From positions 1,080,001 to 1,112,000 of the forward strand of contig NZ_CP026606.1 of assembly GCF_002945325.1 (NCBI RefSeq): a stretch of 32,000 bases of DNA, read 5' to 3'. The notes under the pieces were generated by a model that saw only the letters and a list, made by a program, of their open reading frames with translations, was not told the origin of the DNA and made no database searches. The DNA is from Methanococcus maripaludis (GTDB lineage Archaea > AGJL01 > Methanococci > Methanococcales > Methanococcaceae). How positions within the stretch are numbered: position 1 is the stretch's first letter; each line of letters starts with the position of its first letter. Positions 1-8,657 of the stretch are shown here, piece after piece. The position numbers and the translations under genes are program-made.

Positions 1-906
1 TATCCCGAATACTTAAAAAATGCAATTAATACGCTTGTTGAATTTACAAGTTCGAGCGATAAATATACTAAAATATATTCGCTTTTAGCGCTGAATAAAT
101 TAAGCTACACGGAACCACTTAAATTTGAAAATTTAAACATAAATCCATTATTGGATGAAGATCCTGATGTCATTTATCCTTCAATCACGCTTCTTTACAA
201 TTTATCAAAATACAGCCCGAAAGTTACTACAAGACACTATAAAAAAGTCTGTGTATTGATGAACAATCCTGATAAATACATTTCAAAGCAGGCTCTTCGA
301 ATTGTCGGTAATCTTGGAAAATACGATCAAAAGTACATTAACAGATATATTAATAATGTAAGATTGAAACTTTCAGACGAAGAACTTTCAAAAGAAGCAA
401 CGATCGCAATGGTAAAATCCGGCTACATTGAGAAAAAGAATCTTGAAATAATTTTAAAGGCTGCAGACAAGGCTAAATATAATATGGAGTTTTTAAGAGA
501 AATAATTGAAGAATATCCAAAAGAACTTCTTTCATCCCTTGAAAAAGAGTTATTTAATTTAAAAAGAACGTGGAATCAAGAATATATCAATGAACTCTGT
601 TATTCTATAAATGAGAGATTATCATTAAATGATCCAGATTTTACGAATATAAAATTGGAAAGACCTGAAATTGAAGAACCTCCCGTAATTGTTGCTTTAA
701 AATCAGAGTGCACAGAAGTAGAACTTGAAGATGGAAAACAGGTTTATATTTTAGATAAAAGCAAATGCATTGAAACTTCGCTTTCGGGGGACCTTTTAGA
801 ACTTTTAGATGTGGAAAATAAAAATGAATTCGATATTTACAAATTATCGCACGATTTAATGATTCAATCATTAATCGAATCTGCAATAAATGAGCCAAAA
901 AGATAG
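1..906 (+). CDS. C-terminal part of a HEAT/ARM-like helical repeat protein, truncated by the window edge
   Basis: Frame +1 is open from base 1 (YPEYLKNAINTLVEFTSSSDKYTKIYSLLALNKL...), upstream of the TTG chosen at 151. It runs to TAG at 904-906. Short amphipathic helix pairs such as 'DPDVIYPSITLLYNLSKYSP' and 'KYISKQALRIVGNLGKY' are typical of HEAT-like repeats. Confidence 0.7.
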   Translation, partial: YPEYLKNAINTLVEFTSSSDKYTKIYSLLALNKLSYTEPLKFENLNINPLLDEDPDVIYPSITLLYNLSKYSPKVTTRHYKKVCVLMNNPDKYISKQALRIVGNLGKYDQKYINRYINNVRLKLSDEELSKEATIAMVKSGYIEKKNLEIILKAADKAKYNMEFLREIIEEYPKELLSSLEKELFNLKRTWNQEYINELCYSINERLSLNDPDFTNIKLERPEIEEPPVIVALKSECTEVELEDGKQVYILDKSKCIETSLSGDLLELLDVENKNEFDIYKLSHDLMIQSLIESAINEPKR

Positions 907-937
907 ATATTTTATTTTAATTTTTTACTTTTTTAAA

Positions 938-1834
938 TTATTCACATTTTACAATAACTAATGGGCTGTGTTCCATCTCTTTTAAAACATCAACAGTTAT
1001 TTCAAAAGTGTTGTATTTTTTCATTAAATCATGAATTGACTTTGTATATGGGACTTGAGACGTATCTGATAGATTTGCAATGTATAGAATCGTTTTTAAG
1101 GGATATTTTTTGTAATTCTCATTTCCCACAATTGCAAGCGGGGTTGCACCACAAAGGCCGCCCTGTTTTAATATTTTTCCAAATTTCCCTAAAATATATC
1201 CAAAAACACCTATTTTTGAAATTATTCCATCAATTGCAATTGGAAGTGCTGTAACGTACCAGTTAAAAAACCTGTATGTTGCATCTGTATCGATTACCAT
1301 AACCGTTAAATCGAGATTCAGTTCTTCCTTTATTTTTTTATGGAGTTTTTTTGCAGAATTTTCAGGTTTTTCTGGAAGGAGGGATGCATAAGTACCCGGA
1401 ACGTTTGTTAAGTCAATTCCGCCTTCTGATGCAGGTTTTAGTGCGTATATTAACCCTACATTTTCAATTACTATTTGTTTGTGTTTTAGTGTTTCCGTCT
1501 TTGGCATTTTTCTTAAATTTTTAACCCTGTCGCCCCTAGTACCTAAAAGAGGGCCTAATACATATCCCCAGCCGTATTTTGATAGATAATATGTAAAATA
1601 TGCCCAGAATTTAGGATTCGCCAAACTTTCATCTACGAAGTTGTCTTCGCTTGTAGCTATGAATTTTTCACTGACGACTAAAAAATCCCCGTTTTTTATT
1701 TCAAATCCGTTTTCAATTTCATTTTTTAAAGAATTGATGGATTCTGATACAAAATCTTCGTTTCTATCGATATATCTGGTTCTTATCGGTGTTGCATTTA
1801 TTTCCATTTTTTCACGAATTAAAACTATCTCCAT
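938..1834 (-). CDS. CofE-like protein (coenzyme F420-0:gamma-glutamyl ligase-related family)
   Basis: 298-aa ORF with 'NGDFLVVSEKFIATSE', 'GTRGDRVKNLRKMP' and 'VMVIDTDATYRFFNWYVTALPIAIDGI'. An internal ATG at about 1807, preceded by CGTGA, is a plausible alternative start. Confidence 0.7.
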   Translation of the reverse strand: MEIVLIREKMEINATPIRTRYIDRNEDFVSESINSLKNEIENGFEIKNGDFLVVSEKFIATSEDNFVDESLANPKFWAYFTYYLSKYGWGYVLGPLLGTRGDRVKNLRKMPKTETLKHKQIVIENVGLIYALKPASEGGIDLTNVPGTYASLLPEKPENSAKKLHKKIKEELNLDLTVMVIDTDATYRFFNWYVTALPIAIDGIISKIGVFGYILGKFGKILKQGGLCGATPLAIVGNENYKKYPLKTILYIANLSDTSQVPYTKSIHDLMKKYNTFEITVDVLKEMEHSPLVIVKCE

Positions 1835-1884
1835 TATTTTTATATTTTGGTACTCTATAATTAGTAAGGAAAAAGGTGAAAATT

Positions 1885-3090
1885 ATGCATCTAACGAGAG
1901 AAGAGGAAAAATTGTATGCAGGAGAATACGGGGAAGCCCTAGAAACCTGCATGAACTTACTTGTGTCATTAGGCGATATTTACGGAGCAGAAAAACTGGT
2001 AGATATATCTTCTGCACAGGTTTCCGGAGTTTCTTACAAAACTATCGGTGAAAAGGGACTGGAATTTTTAAAAGACCTTGCAGATCAGGGTTTAAAGGCA
2101 ACAGTTCCAACAACGTTAAATCCTGCTGGAATGGATTTGATAAGGTACGATGAACTCAAATTCCCAAAGGATTTTGCAAAAAAACAGCTCGAAATAATTG
2201 ACTGTTTTAAAAGAATGGAAATTGAAATCAGCTGTACATGTACGCCTTATTTAACTGGAAATGTTCCAATGTTTGGTTCACACGTTGCATGGGCAGAGTC
2301 TTCTGCAGTAGCTTATGTAAATTCAGTAATCGGTGCAAGAACCAACAGGGAGGGCGGACCTTCAGCATTAGCAGCTGCAATCATTGGAAAAACACCATGT
2401 TACGGATACCATTTGGATGAAAACAGGCTTCCAACACAAGTTTTTGAAGTTGATATGGAACTTGAAGATGCAAGTTCATTTTACGGAATTTTGGGAAGAA
2501 TTACGGGAAAAATTGTAAAAAACGGAATTCCATACTTCAAATTTAAAAATTGTGAATCAGTTAAAAATGATTATTTAAAAGCACTTGGAGCCGCACTTGC
2601 AGCAAGCGGCGGTGTTGCATTATACCACGTTGAAGGAATAACTCCCGAAGCAAAAAAAGGACTGGAAATAACAGGTCTTGAAAAAGTAGTTATCGGAAAA
2701 GACGATTTTGAAAAAGAATATGATTCTTTCAAAACTTCAGAAAAACCAGATTTAATTTGTATCGGATGTCCACACTGCAGTCTTGATGAAATCAAAGAAG
2801 TTGCAGAGTTTGTAAAAGCTGAAAATGCAAAATTCAATGCAGAAGTTTGGGTTTGTACATCAATTCACATGAAATCGATTGCTGACAGGATGGGATATAC
2901 GAAAATTATTGAAGATGCTGGCGGAAAAGTAGTTGTTGACACGTGTATGGTCGTAGCTCCGATTGAAGACATGGGATACAAAAACGTTGCAACGAATTCT
3001 GGAAAAGCTGCAACGTATCTGCCGGGTTTTTGCAAAAGCAACGTGATATACGGAACAACTTATGAAATTTTGAAAAAAGCAACTGAATAA
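1885..3090 (+). CDS. Aconitase X family; probable phosphomevalonate dehydratase large subunit
   Basis: '[17 protein letters not shown]', '[58 protein letters not shown]' and '[12 protein letters not shown]' are characteristic. The ORF track starts at GTG 1876, but AGGTGA at about 1874-1879 favours ATG 1885. Confidence 0.85.
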   Translation: MHLTREEEKLYAGEYGEALETCMNLLVSLGDIYGAEKLVDISSAQVSGVSYKTIGEKGLEFLKDLADQGLKATVPTTLNPAGMDLIRYDELKFPKDFAKKQLEIIDCFKRMEIEISCTCTPYLTGNVPMFGSHVAWAESSAVAYVNSVIGARTNREGGPSALAAAIIGKTPCYGYHLDENRLPTQVFEVDMELEDASSFYGILGRITGKIVKNGIPYFKFKNCESVKNDYLKALGAALAASGGVALYHVEGITPEAKKGLEITGLEKVVIGKDDFEKEYDSFKTSEKPDLICIGCPHCSLDEIKEVAEFVKAENAKFNAEVWVCTSIHMKSIADRMGYTKIIEDAGGKVVVDTCMVVAPIEDMGYKNVATNSGKAATYLPGFCKSNVIYGTTYEILKKATE

Positions 3091-3119
3091 TTTATTAATT
3101 TTAATAAATCGGTGAAATA

Positions 3120-3884
3120 ATGAAAAAGATGATTATTGTTGGTGCGGGTCCTGGAGACAAGGAATTAATCACGATAAAAGGAAAAAATGCAATTGAAAGT
3201 GCAGATATCTTAATTTATGCAGGTTCGTTAGTAAATCCGGAAGTTTTAGATTACAACAAAAAGGATGCAAAAATCTACAACAGTGCAACGATGACACTCG
3301 ATGAAGTAATCGAAGTTGCAGTAAACGGAATTAAAAACGGATTAACTGTTGTAAGGGTTCATACTGGAGACCCTGCACTTTACGGTGCGATAAAAGAGCA
3401 GATCGATGAATTGAAAAAATATGAAATCGATGTAGAAATAATTCCAGGAGTAACTTCCCTTTTTGCAGCAGCGGCAACTTTAAAATCAGAATTAACGCTT
3501 CCTGATGTATCACAAACAGTAATAATTACACGGCCTGAAGGAAGAACTCCAAAACCTGCAAAAGAAAGTTTAATCGCGCTTGCAAAACACAACGCTACAA
3601 TGGCAATTTATTTGGGAACAGGAATGATAGAAAAAGTATGTAAGGAGCTAATTGAAGGTGGATATCCGGAAAACACTGCGGTTTCAGTGGTATATCATGC
3701 ATCATGGCCTGACGAGAAAAAAATTACTGGAACACTAAAAGACATATCTGAAAAAGTAAAAGGCGAAGGAATTACAAAAACAGCACTTATAATCGTTGGA
3801 AATGTAACAAATCCTGACAGTTATGATTATTCAAAACTTTACGACAAAGACTTTGAACACGAATTTAGAAAACCTAAAAATTAA
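3120..3884 (+). CDS. cbiF: Cobalt-precorrin-4 C11-methyltransferase
   Basis: Tetrapyrrole methylase fold: 'IVGAGPGDKELITIKG', 'ADILIYAGSLVNPEVL', 'VRVHTGDPALYGAI', 'EIIPGVTSLFAAAA' and 'MAIYLGTG'. RBS GGTGA precedes ATG 3120. Confidence 0.9.
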   Translation: MKKMIIVGAGPGDKELITIKGKNAIESADILIYAGSLVNPEVLDYNKKDAKIYNSATMTLDEVIEVAVNGIKNGLTVVRVHTGDPALYGAIKEQIDELKKYEIDVEIIPGVTSLFAAAATLKSELTLPDVSQTVIITRPEGRTPKPAKESLIALAKHNATMAIYLGTGMIEKVCKELIEGGYPENTAVSVVYHASWPDEKKITGTLKDISEKVKGEGITKTALIIVGNVTNPDSYDYSKLYDKDFEHEFRKPKN

Positions 3885-4081
3885 AGATTTAATTCTTCTA
3901 TTTTTTCCATTAAAATTTTTAAATCAGTTTTTTTTGCAACGTTCTGCTCATTACCTATTAATTCAGTTAATTTTATTTTTAATTCTTCAATATTTTCCGA
4001 TTCTTCAATTAATTCTCTTATATATTCCATATTTTGAACATAAGGCGCAGTTTCCATTACTAATTCTCTATTTTCCATCAT
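3881..4081 (-). CDS. Small charged helical protein, about 66 aa, unknown function
   Basis: The ORF track gives 91 aa from 4156, but reverse-strand 'caaaaggtgaaaatgatg' places an RBS directly upstream of ATG 4081 (MMENRELVMETAPYVQ...). It overlaps the end of the upstream DUF2304 gene by about 14 bp. Confidence 0.6.
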   Translation of the reverse strand: MMENRELVMETAPYVQNMEYIRELIEESENIEELKIKLTELIGNEQNVAKKTDLKILMEKIEELNL

Positions 4082-4427
4082 TTTCACCTTTTGTTTTTTT
4101 ATCGTATCTTTCATTAATTGCAATTTCTGAAACAATTGTTGTAATTTCTCTTTCAAGGTGTTCTGTCCTTAAATATGATTTGTAAACTAAGAAAAACAGA
4201 ATTATAATTCCAAAATACACTAAAACGTCAATACCTCTTCCTACACCCAGACTGTTTGCAATTTTTCCAAGAAAATTTGGAAAACTTACCATTAACATTA
4301 CAAAAATCCATCCTAAAATCCATATAACTGCAGTAAATGGTGAAATAGCACTTTTTTTAGCCTGGACTGCAACTTTTAAAATAACAATTAATCCAACGAT
4401 AATCCCGATAATTTGAACAGGTTCCAT
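4068..4427 (-). CDS. DUF2304-like small membrane protein
   Basis: Three hydrophobic segments (IIGIIVGLIVILKVAV, AVIWILGWIFVMLMVSF, VLVYFGIIILFFLVY) followed by 'LEREITTIVSEIAI'. ORF track start is 4433; GAGGTG spacing favours ATG 4427. Confidence 0.75.
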   Translation of the reverse strand: MEPVQIIGIIVGLIVILKVAVQAKKSAISPFTAVIWILGWIFVMLMVSFPNFLGKIANSLGVGRGIDVLVYFGIIILFFLVYKSYLRTEHLEREITTIVSEIAINERYDKKTKGENDGK

Positions 4428-4494
4428 CAACACACCTCGTCTGCATATATACTTTACACCATAATTTTATATATATTTAATTTATAACTAATGA

Positions 4495-5421
<927 letters not shown>

Positions 5422-5579
5422 TTAAATTATTATTCTTATTTAACCTATTTTAAAATGCAGTTAATTTTTTATACTATCATATCAATCACATATTATACTC
5501 GCATACTCTCTCAAAAAACTTATTATATAAGGAAAAACTTCGATTTTTTTTTAAAAATAAACACAAATAAGGTGTAAAC

Positions 5580-5966
5580 ATGGCAATTTGGCAAGGAGCA
5601 AGCAGAAGACTCTCAACAGGAGCTAAAGTTTGGAGAGCTGCAAAAAAACATAAAAGAGAAATGGGAAGACCTGCAGCAGAAACACAAGTTTCAGAAGTAA
5701 TCAAAAGAAAAATTGTAAGATGCAGAGGCGCAAACTTAAAAGTTAAGTTGGAAAAAACAAACTATGCAAACGTCTTTGATCAAGCAAACAAAGTTTGTAA
5801 AAAAGTTGCAGTAACAAATGTTATCGACAACAAAGCAAACAAACACTACATCAGAAGAAATGTTATGACAAAAGGCGCAATCATCGAAACAGAAATGGGT
5901 AAAGCAAAAGTTACCTCAAGACCTGGACAAGATGGTGTTGTAAACGCTGTTTTATTAACAGAATAA
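5580..5966 (+). CDS. rps8e: Ribosomal protein S8e
   Basis: 'MAIWQGASRRLSTGAKVWRAAKKHKREMGRPAAETQVSE' and 'VTSRPGQDGVVNAVLL' are typical of archaeal S8e. RBS GGTG precedes ATG 5580. Confidence 0.96.
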   Translation: MAIWQGASRRLSTGAKVWRAAKKHKREMGRPAAETQVSEVIKRKIVRCRGANLKVKLEKTNYANVFDQANKVCKKVAVTNVIDNKANKHYIRRNVMTKGAIIETEMGKAKVTSRPGQDGVVNAVLLTE

Positions 5967-6012
5967 TTCTCTTTTTTTATTTTAAAAAAAATTAAAATTT
6001 TAATTTTCAAAT

Positions 6013-7185
6013 TTATTTTTGTTTTACTTTAGCTCTTTTAATCATCGAAAATTTTTTTCCACCGCATTCGCAGGTTAAATCTTCGATTCTTTTTACATTA
6101 TTTCCCACTTCATGGATTTTTTTACAATTCATGCATTGGTAGTATCTTAAAGTTGGTTTTAATTCTCCAGTGTATATTTTTTCAGAATTAACTTCTATTT
6201 TTTTCAAATTTTTACCAACAAGTCTTGCCAAAAATGTAGTGTTTCCAATAATTTCGGTTCCTTCATAGAAATTAAATCCAGGAATCAATTCGTAAATTAA
6301 AAAGTTCATATTGTTGATTGATTTTTGAAGTTCAATGTATTCTTCTACAGGCTTGTGAGAGAATGCAAGATACAATATTCCGTTATCTCCGAGTGCTTCG
6401 ATGCCCCTTGACATGAAAAGCACTGCGCCGTTTAGTGTATATGGTGGATCGGTAAATATTGTATCAAATTTATTTACAAATTCACTTGGAAGTTCATTTT
6501 TAAAGTCCCATTTTACAGTTCTAATGTTTAAATTCTCTTTTTTAGAAACTTCTGAAATTAATTTCAAAAGTCTATCATCAATATCTAAAACAACAACTTC
6601 ACTGCAAAGCCCTGTCATCGCAGTTGGAATTGATGCAAGGTCATCGTCACCTACAAATAAAACTCTTTTTCCTTCCAAATCTCCCCTATCCGCCATTATT
6701 GCAGCTCTTGCAGTGGCGGTTTCAGGCGTTGCAAAAGACTGGTCAATCATTGTGTTTACTTGCGGTCTTAATTTAGCGTAAGTTTTGTGCTTTTTCAATA
6801 TCTTTTCAAATTTTTCATCAAACACGATATTTCGCCCACTGCATACTGGACATTTCATGTCAGATTTAAGCTTAAGTCCAAGTTCATTTTCAACAAAATC
6901 AATACCTTTTTTTGAAAGCACAGCTCCTTTATCATCTCTTTTTAAGAGCGATTCTCTTTCAAGAATTGATCTAACTTTAGATACAATTGGGAGGGGCAGT
7001 TTTACATACTGACCAATCTTTTTTGTTGAAATTGGCTGATTTCTATATATGCATCTTAAAATATCTTCAACAGCTCTTTCCCCTTCTGAAACTTTCACGT
7101 TTTTTGCAATACGCTTCAAAAATGATTTTTTAGCGTCAATTTTTAAGTTTTCCGTTTTTTTACCCATGCTTCCGATAATCTTCAT
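6013..7185 (-). CDS. bpsA: N4-bis(aminopropyl)spermidine synthase family protein (branched-chain polyamine synthase, BpsA-like)
   Basis: 'FDQSFATPETATARAAIMADRGDLEGKRVLFVGDDDLASIP', 'VVLDIDDRLLKLI' and 'FDTIFTDPPYT'. N-terminal wHTH-like region and two Cys-pair clusters (CPVC...; C..C...CECG). Confidence 0.82.
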   Translation of the reverse strand: MKIIGSMGKKTENLKIDAKKSFLKRIAKNVKVSEGERAVEDILRCIYRNQPISTKKIGQYVKLPLPIVSKVRSILERESLLKRDDKGAVLSKKGIDFVENELGLKLKSDMKCPVCSGRNIVFDEKFEKILKKHKTYAKLRPQVNTMIDQSFATPETATARAAIMADRGDLEGKRVLFVGDDDLASIPTAMTGLCSEVVVLDIDDRLLKLISEVSKKENLNIRTVKWDFKNELPSEFVNKFDTIFTDPPYTLNGAVLFMSRGIEALGDNGILYLAFSHKPVEEYIELQKSINNMNFLIYELIPGFNFYEGTEIIGNTTFLARLVGKNLKKIEVNSEKIYTGELKPTLRYYQCMNCKKIHEVGNNVKRIEDLTCECGGKKFSMIKRAKVKQK

Positions 7186-7307
7186 GAATCCACCAGTTTA
7201 TATTACAATAAAATAATAGTATCTTATTATTAAAAATAACATATTAAAAAATAACACATAAAACCGTATATTCAAATTAATAAATTAATATTCCCAAAAT
7301 AAAAACG

Positions 7308-7381
7308 TGCCAAGGGGGTGATTCGAACACCCGACAACTGGATCTTCAGTCCAGCGTTCTCCCAGGCTGAACTACCTTGGC
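7308..7381 (-). tRNA. tRNA-Phe(GAA)
   Basis: Reverse strand GCCAAGGTAGTTCAGCCTGGGAGAACGCTGGACTGAAGATCCAG...GGTGTTCGAATCACCCCCTTGGCA. Acceptor GCCAAGG/CCTTGGC, anticodon loop CTGAAGA, no encoded CCA. Confidence 0.95.
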
Positions 7382-7419
7382 AATTTCCAGTTAAATCCAC
7401 AATTAAGCATATCTTTTAT

Positions 7420-7430
7420 GATATAAATAC
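7420..7430 (-). promoter_or_regulatory. Putative TATA box of tRNA-Phe
   Basis: Reverse strand 'GTATTTATATC' lies about 40 nt upstream of the mature 5' end at 7381. Confidence 0.45.
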
Positions 7431-7436
7431 TTTACT

Positions 7437-7452
7437 ACGAAAGGTTTATATA
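7437..7452 (+). promoter_or_regulatory. Putative BRE/TATA promoter of the tRNA-Asn gene/cluster
   Basis: 'acgaaaggtttatatatc' is a strong archaeal BRE (CGAAAG) plus TATA (TTTATATA), about 50 nt upstream of the tRNA-Asn 5' end. Confidence 0.6.
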
Positions 7453-7497
7453 TCAGAATGTTGATTGTTATTGTGCGGTCAAGTAGTATGACAGCGA

Positions 7498-7574
7498 GCC
7501 TCCTTAGCTCAGTAGGTAGCAGCGACGGACTGTTAATCCGTAGGTCGCAGGTTCGAGCCCTGCAGGAGGCGCCA
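7498..7574 (+). tRNA. tRNA-Asn(GTT) with encoded CCA
   Basis: GCCTCCTTAGCTCAGTAGGTAG...ACGGACTGTTAATCCGT...GGTTCGAGCCCTGCAGGAGGC-G-CCA. Anticodon loop CTGTTAA. Mature body 7498-7571, CCA at 7572-7574. Confidence 0.95.
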
Positions 7575-7612
7575 TTTTTTCTAACAAATTATTCACTCTC
7601 AAGACCGGGTAC

Positions 7613-7687
7613 GGGCCCGTAGCTCAGGCTGGTTAGAGTGCTCGGCTCATAACCGAGTGGTCATGGGTTCAAATCCCATCGGGCCCA
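7613..7687 (+). tRNA. tRNA with CAT anticodon (elongator Met, or tRNA-Ile2 read as CAU)
   Basis: GGGCCCGTAGCTCAGGCTGGTTAGAGTGCTCGGCTCATAACCGAGTGGTCATGGGTTCAAATCCCATCGGGCCCA. Acceptor GGGCCCG/CGGGCCC, anticodon loop CTCATAA. Confidence 0.93.
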
Positions 7688-7701
7688 TATATTTGAAACA
7701 A

Positions 7702-7776
7702 GCTCCAGTGGTGTAGTCCGGCCAATCATCCGGCCCTTTCGAGGCCGGGACTCGGGTTCAAATCCCGGCTGGAGCA
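7702..7776 (+). tRNA. tRNA-Glu(TTC)
   Basis: GCTCCAGTGGTGTAGTCCGGCCAATCATCCGGCCCTTTCGAGGCCGGGACTCGGGTTCAAATCCCGGCTGGAGCA. Anticodon TTC. Confidence 0.95.
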
Positions 7777-7789
7777 TTTTATTTTAAGT

Positions 7790-7874
7790 GCAGGGGTTGT
7801 CGAGCCTGGCCAAAGATGCAGGACTTAGAATCCTGTCCAGTAGTGGTTCCAGGGTTCAAATCCCTGCCCCTGCA
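7790..7874 (+). tRNA. tRNA-Leu(TAG)
   Basis: GCAGGGGTTGTCGAGCCTGGCCAAAG...GCAGGACTTAGAATCCTGT...variable arm...CCAGGGTTCAAATCCCTGCCCCTGCA. 85 nt, class II, anticodon TAG. Confidence 0.94.
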
Positions 7875-7902
7875 TTATAGTAATATTAAAAAACGATATT
7901 GT

Positions 7903-7978
7903 GGCCGTGGTAGGGTAGTGGCTATCCTGAGGGACTGTGGATCCCTCGACCCGGGTTCGATTCCCGGTCTCGGCCCCA
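7903..7978 (+). tRNA. tRNA-His(GTG) with encoded G-1 and CCA
   Basis: G-GCCGTGGTAGGGTAGTGGCTATCCTGAGGGACTGTGGATCCCTCGACCCGGGTTCGATTCCCGGTCTCGGC-C-CCA. Anticodon GTG. The G at 7903 is opposite discriminator C (7975). Confidence 0.93.
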
Positions 7979-8092
7979 TTTTTTATTTTAGGAAAATATA
8001 TTTGTTAATTTAAATATATAATTGATTATACAAATTTTTAAACAATGATTTACTATCCGTATTAACCACAATTTATAAAAAACGGTGAATTT

Positions 8093-8656
8093 ATGAAAAT
8101 AATCGGGATACTCGGCATTCAGGGCGACATTGAAGAACACGAAGATGCAGTTAAAAAAATAAACTGCATCCCTAAACGGATAAGAACGGTAGATGATTTA
8201 GAAGGAATAGACGCATTAATAATTCCCGGCGGAGAAAGTACCACAATTGGAAAATTGATGGTAAGTTATGGATTTATCGATAAAATTAGAAATTTAAAAA
8301 TCCCGATACTTGGAACTTGTGCAGGAATGGTTCTTTTATCTAAAGGAACTGGAAAAGAGCAGCCATTACTTGAAATGTTGAATGTGACGATAAAAAGAAA
8401 TGCATACGGTAGTCAAAAAGATAGTTTTGAAAAAGAAATAGATTTAGGCGGAAAAAAAATAAATGCAGTATTTATTCGAGCACCCCAAGTTGGGGAGATT
8501 CTCTCAAAAGACGTTGAAATCATTTCAAAAGACGATGAAAATATTGTAGGAATAAAAGAAGGAAACATAATGGCAATATCATTTCACCCGGAACTTTCAG
8601 ATGACGGGGTTATTGCATATGAATACTTTTTGAAAAATATTGTAGAAAAAAAATAA
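8093..8656 (+). CDS. pdxT: Pyridoxal 5'-phosphate synthase glutaminase subunit
   Basis: '[14 protein letters not shown]', '[15 protein letters not shown]', '[14 protein letters not shown]', 'VFIRAP' and '[11 protein letters not shown]'. RBS CGGTGA precedes ATG 8093. Confidence 0.96.
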   Translation: MKIIGILGIQGDIEEHEDAVKKINCIPKRIRTVDDLEGIDALIIPGGESTTIGKLMVSYGFIDKIRNLKIPILGTCAGMVLLSKGTGKEQPLLEMLNVTIKRNAYGSQKDSFEKEIDLGGKKINAVFIRAPQVGEILSKDVEIISKDDENIVGIKEGNIMAISFHPELSDDGVIAYEYFLKNIVEKK

Positions 8657-8657
8657 A

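Noticed and set aside
641-2837. ORFs 641..898 (-), 961..1254 (+), 1641..2051 (+), 2238..2420 (+) and 2571..2837 (-)
   Set aside because: Antisense or out-of-frame shadows of well-supported genes (repeat protein, CofE-like, PMDh large subunit). No RBS context, low-complexity Phe/Leu/Ser-rich translations.
6401-7012. ORFs 6401..6781 (+) and 6785..7012 (+)
   Set aside because: Antisense to the BpsA-like gene; no family resemblance.
7816-8013. 65-aa ORF 7816..8013 (+)
   Set aside because: Runs through tRNA-Leu and tRNA-His; its protein is an accidental translation of tRNA sequence.
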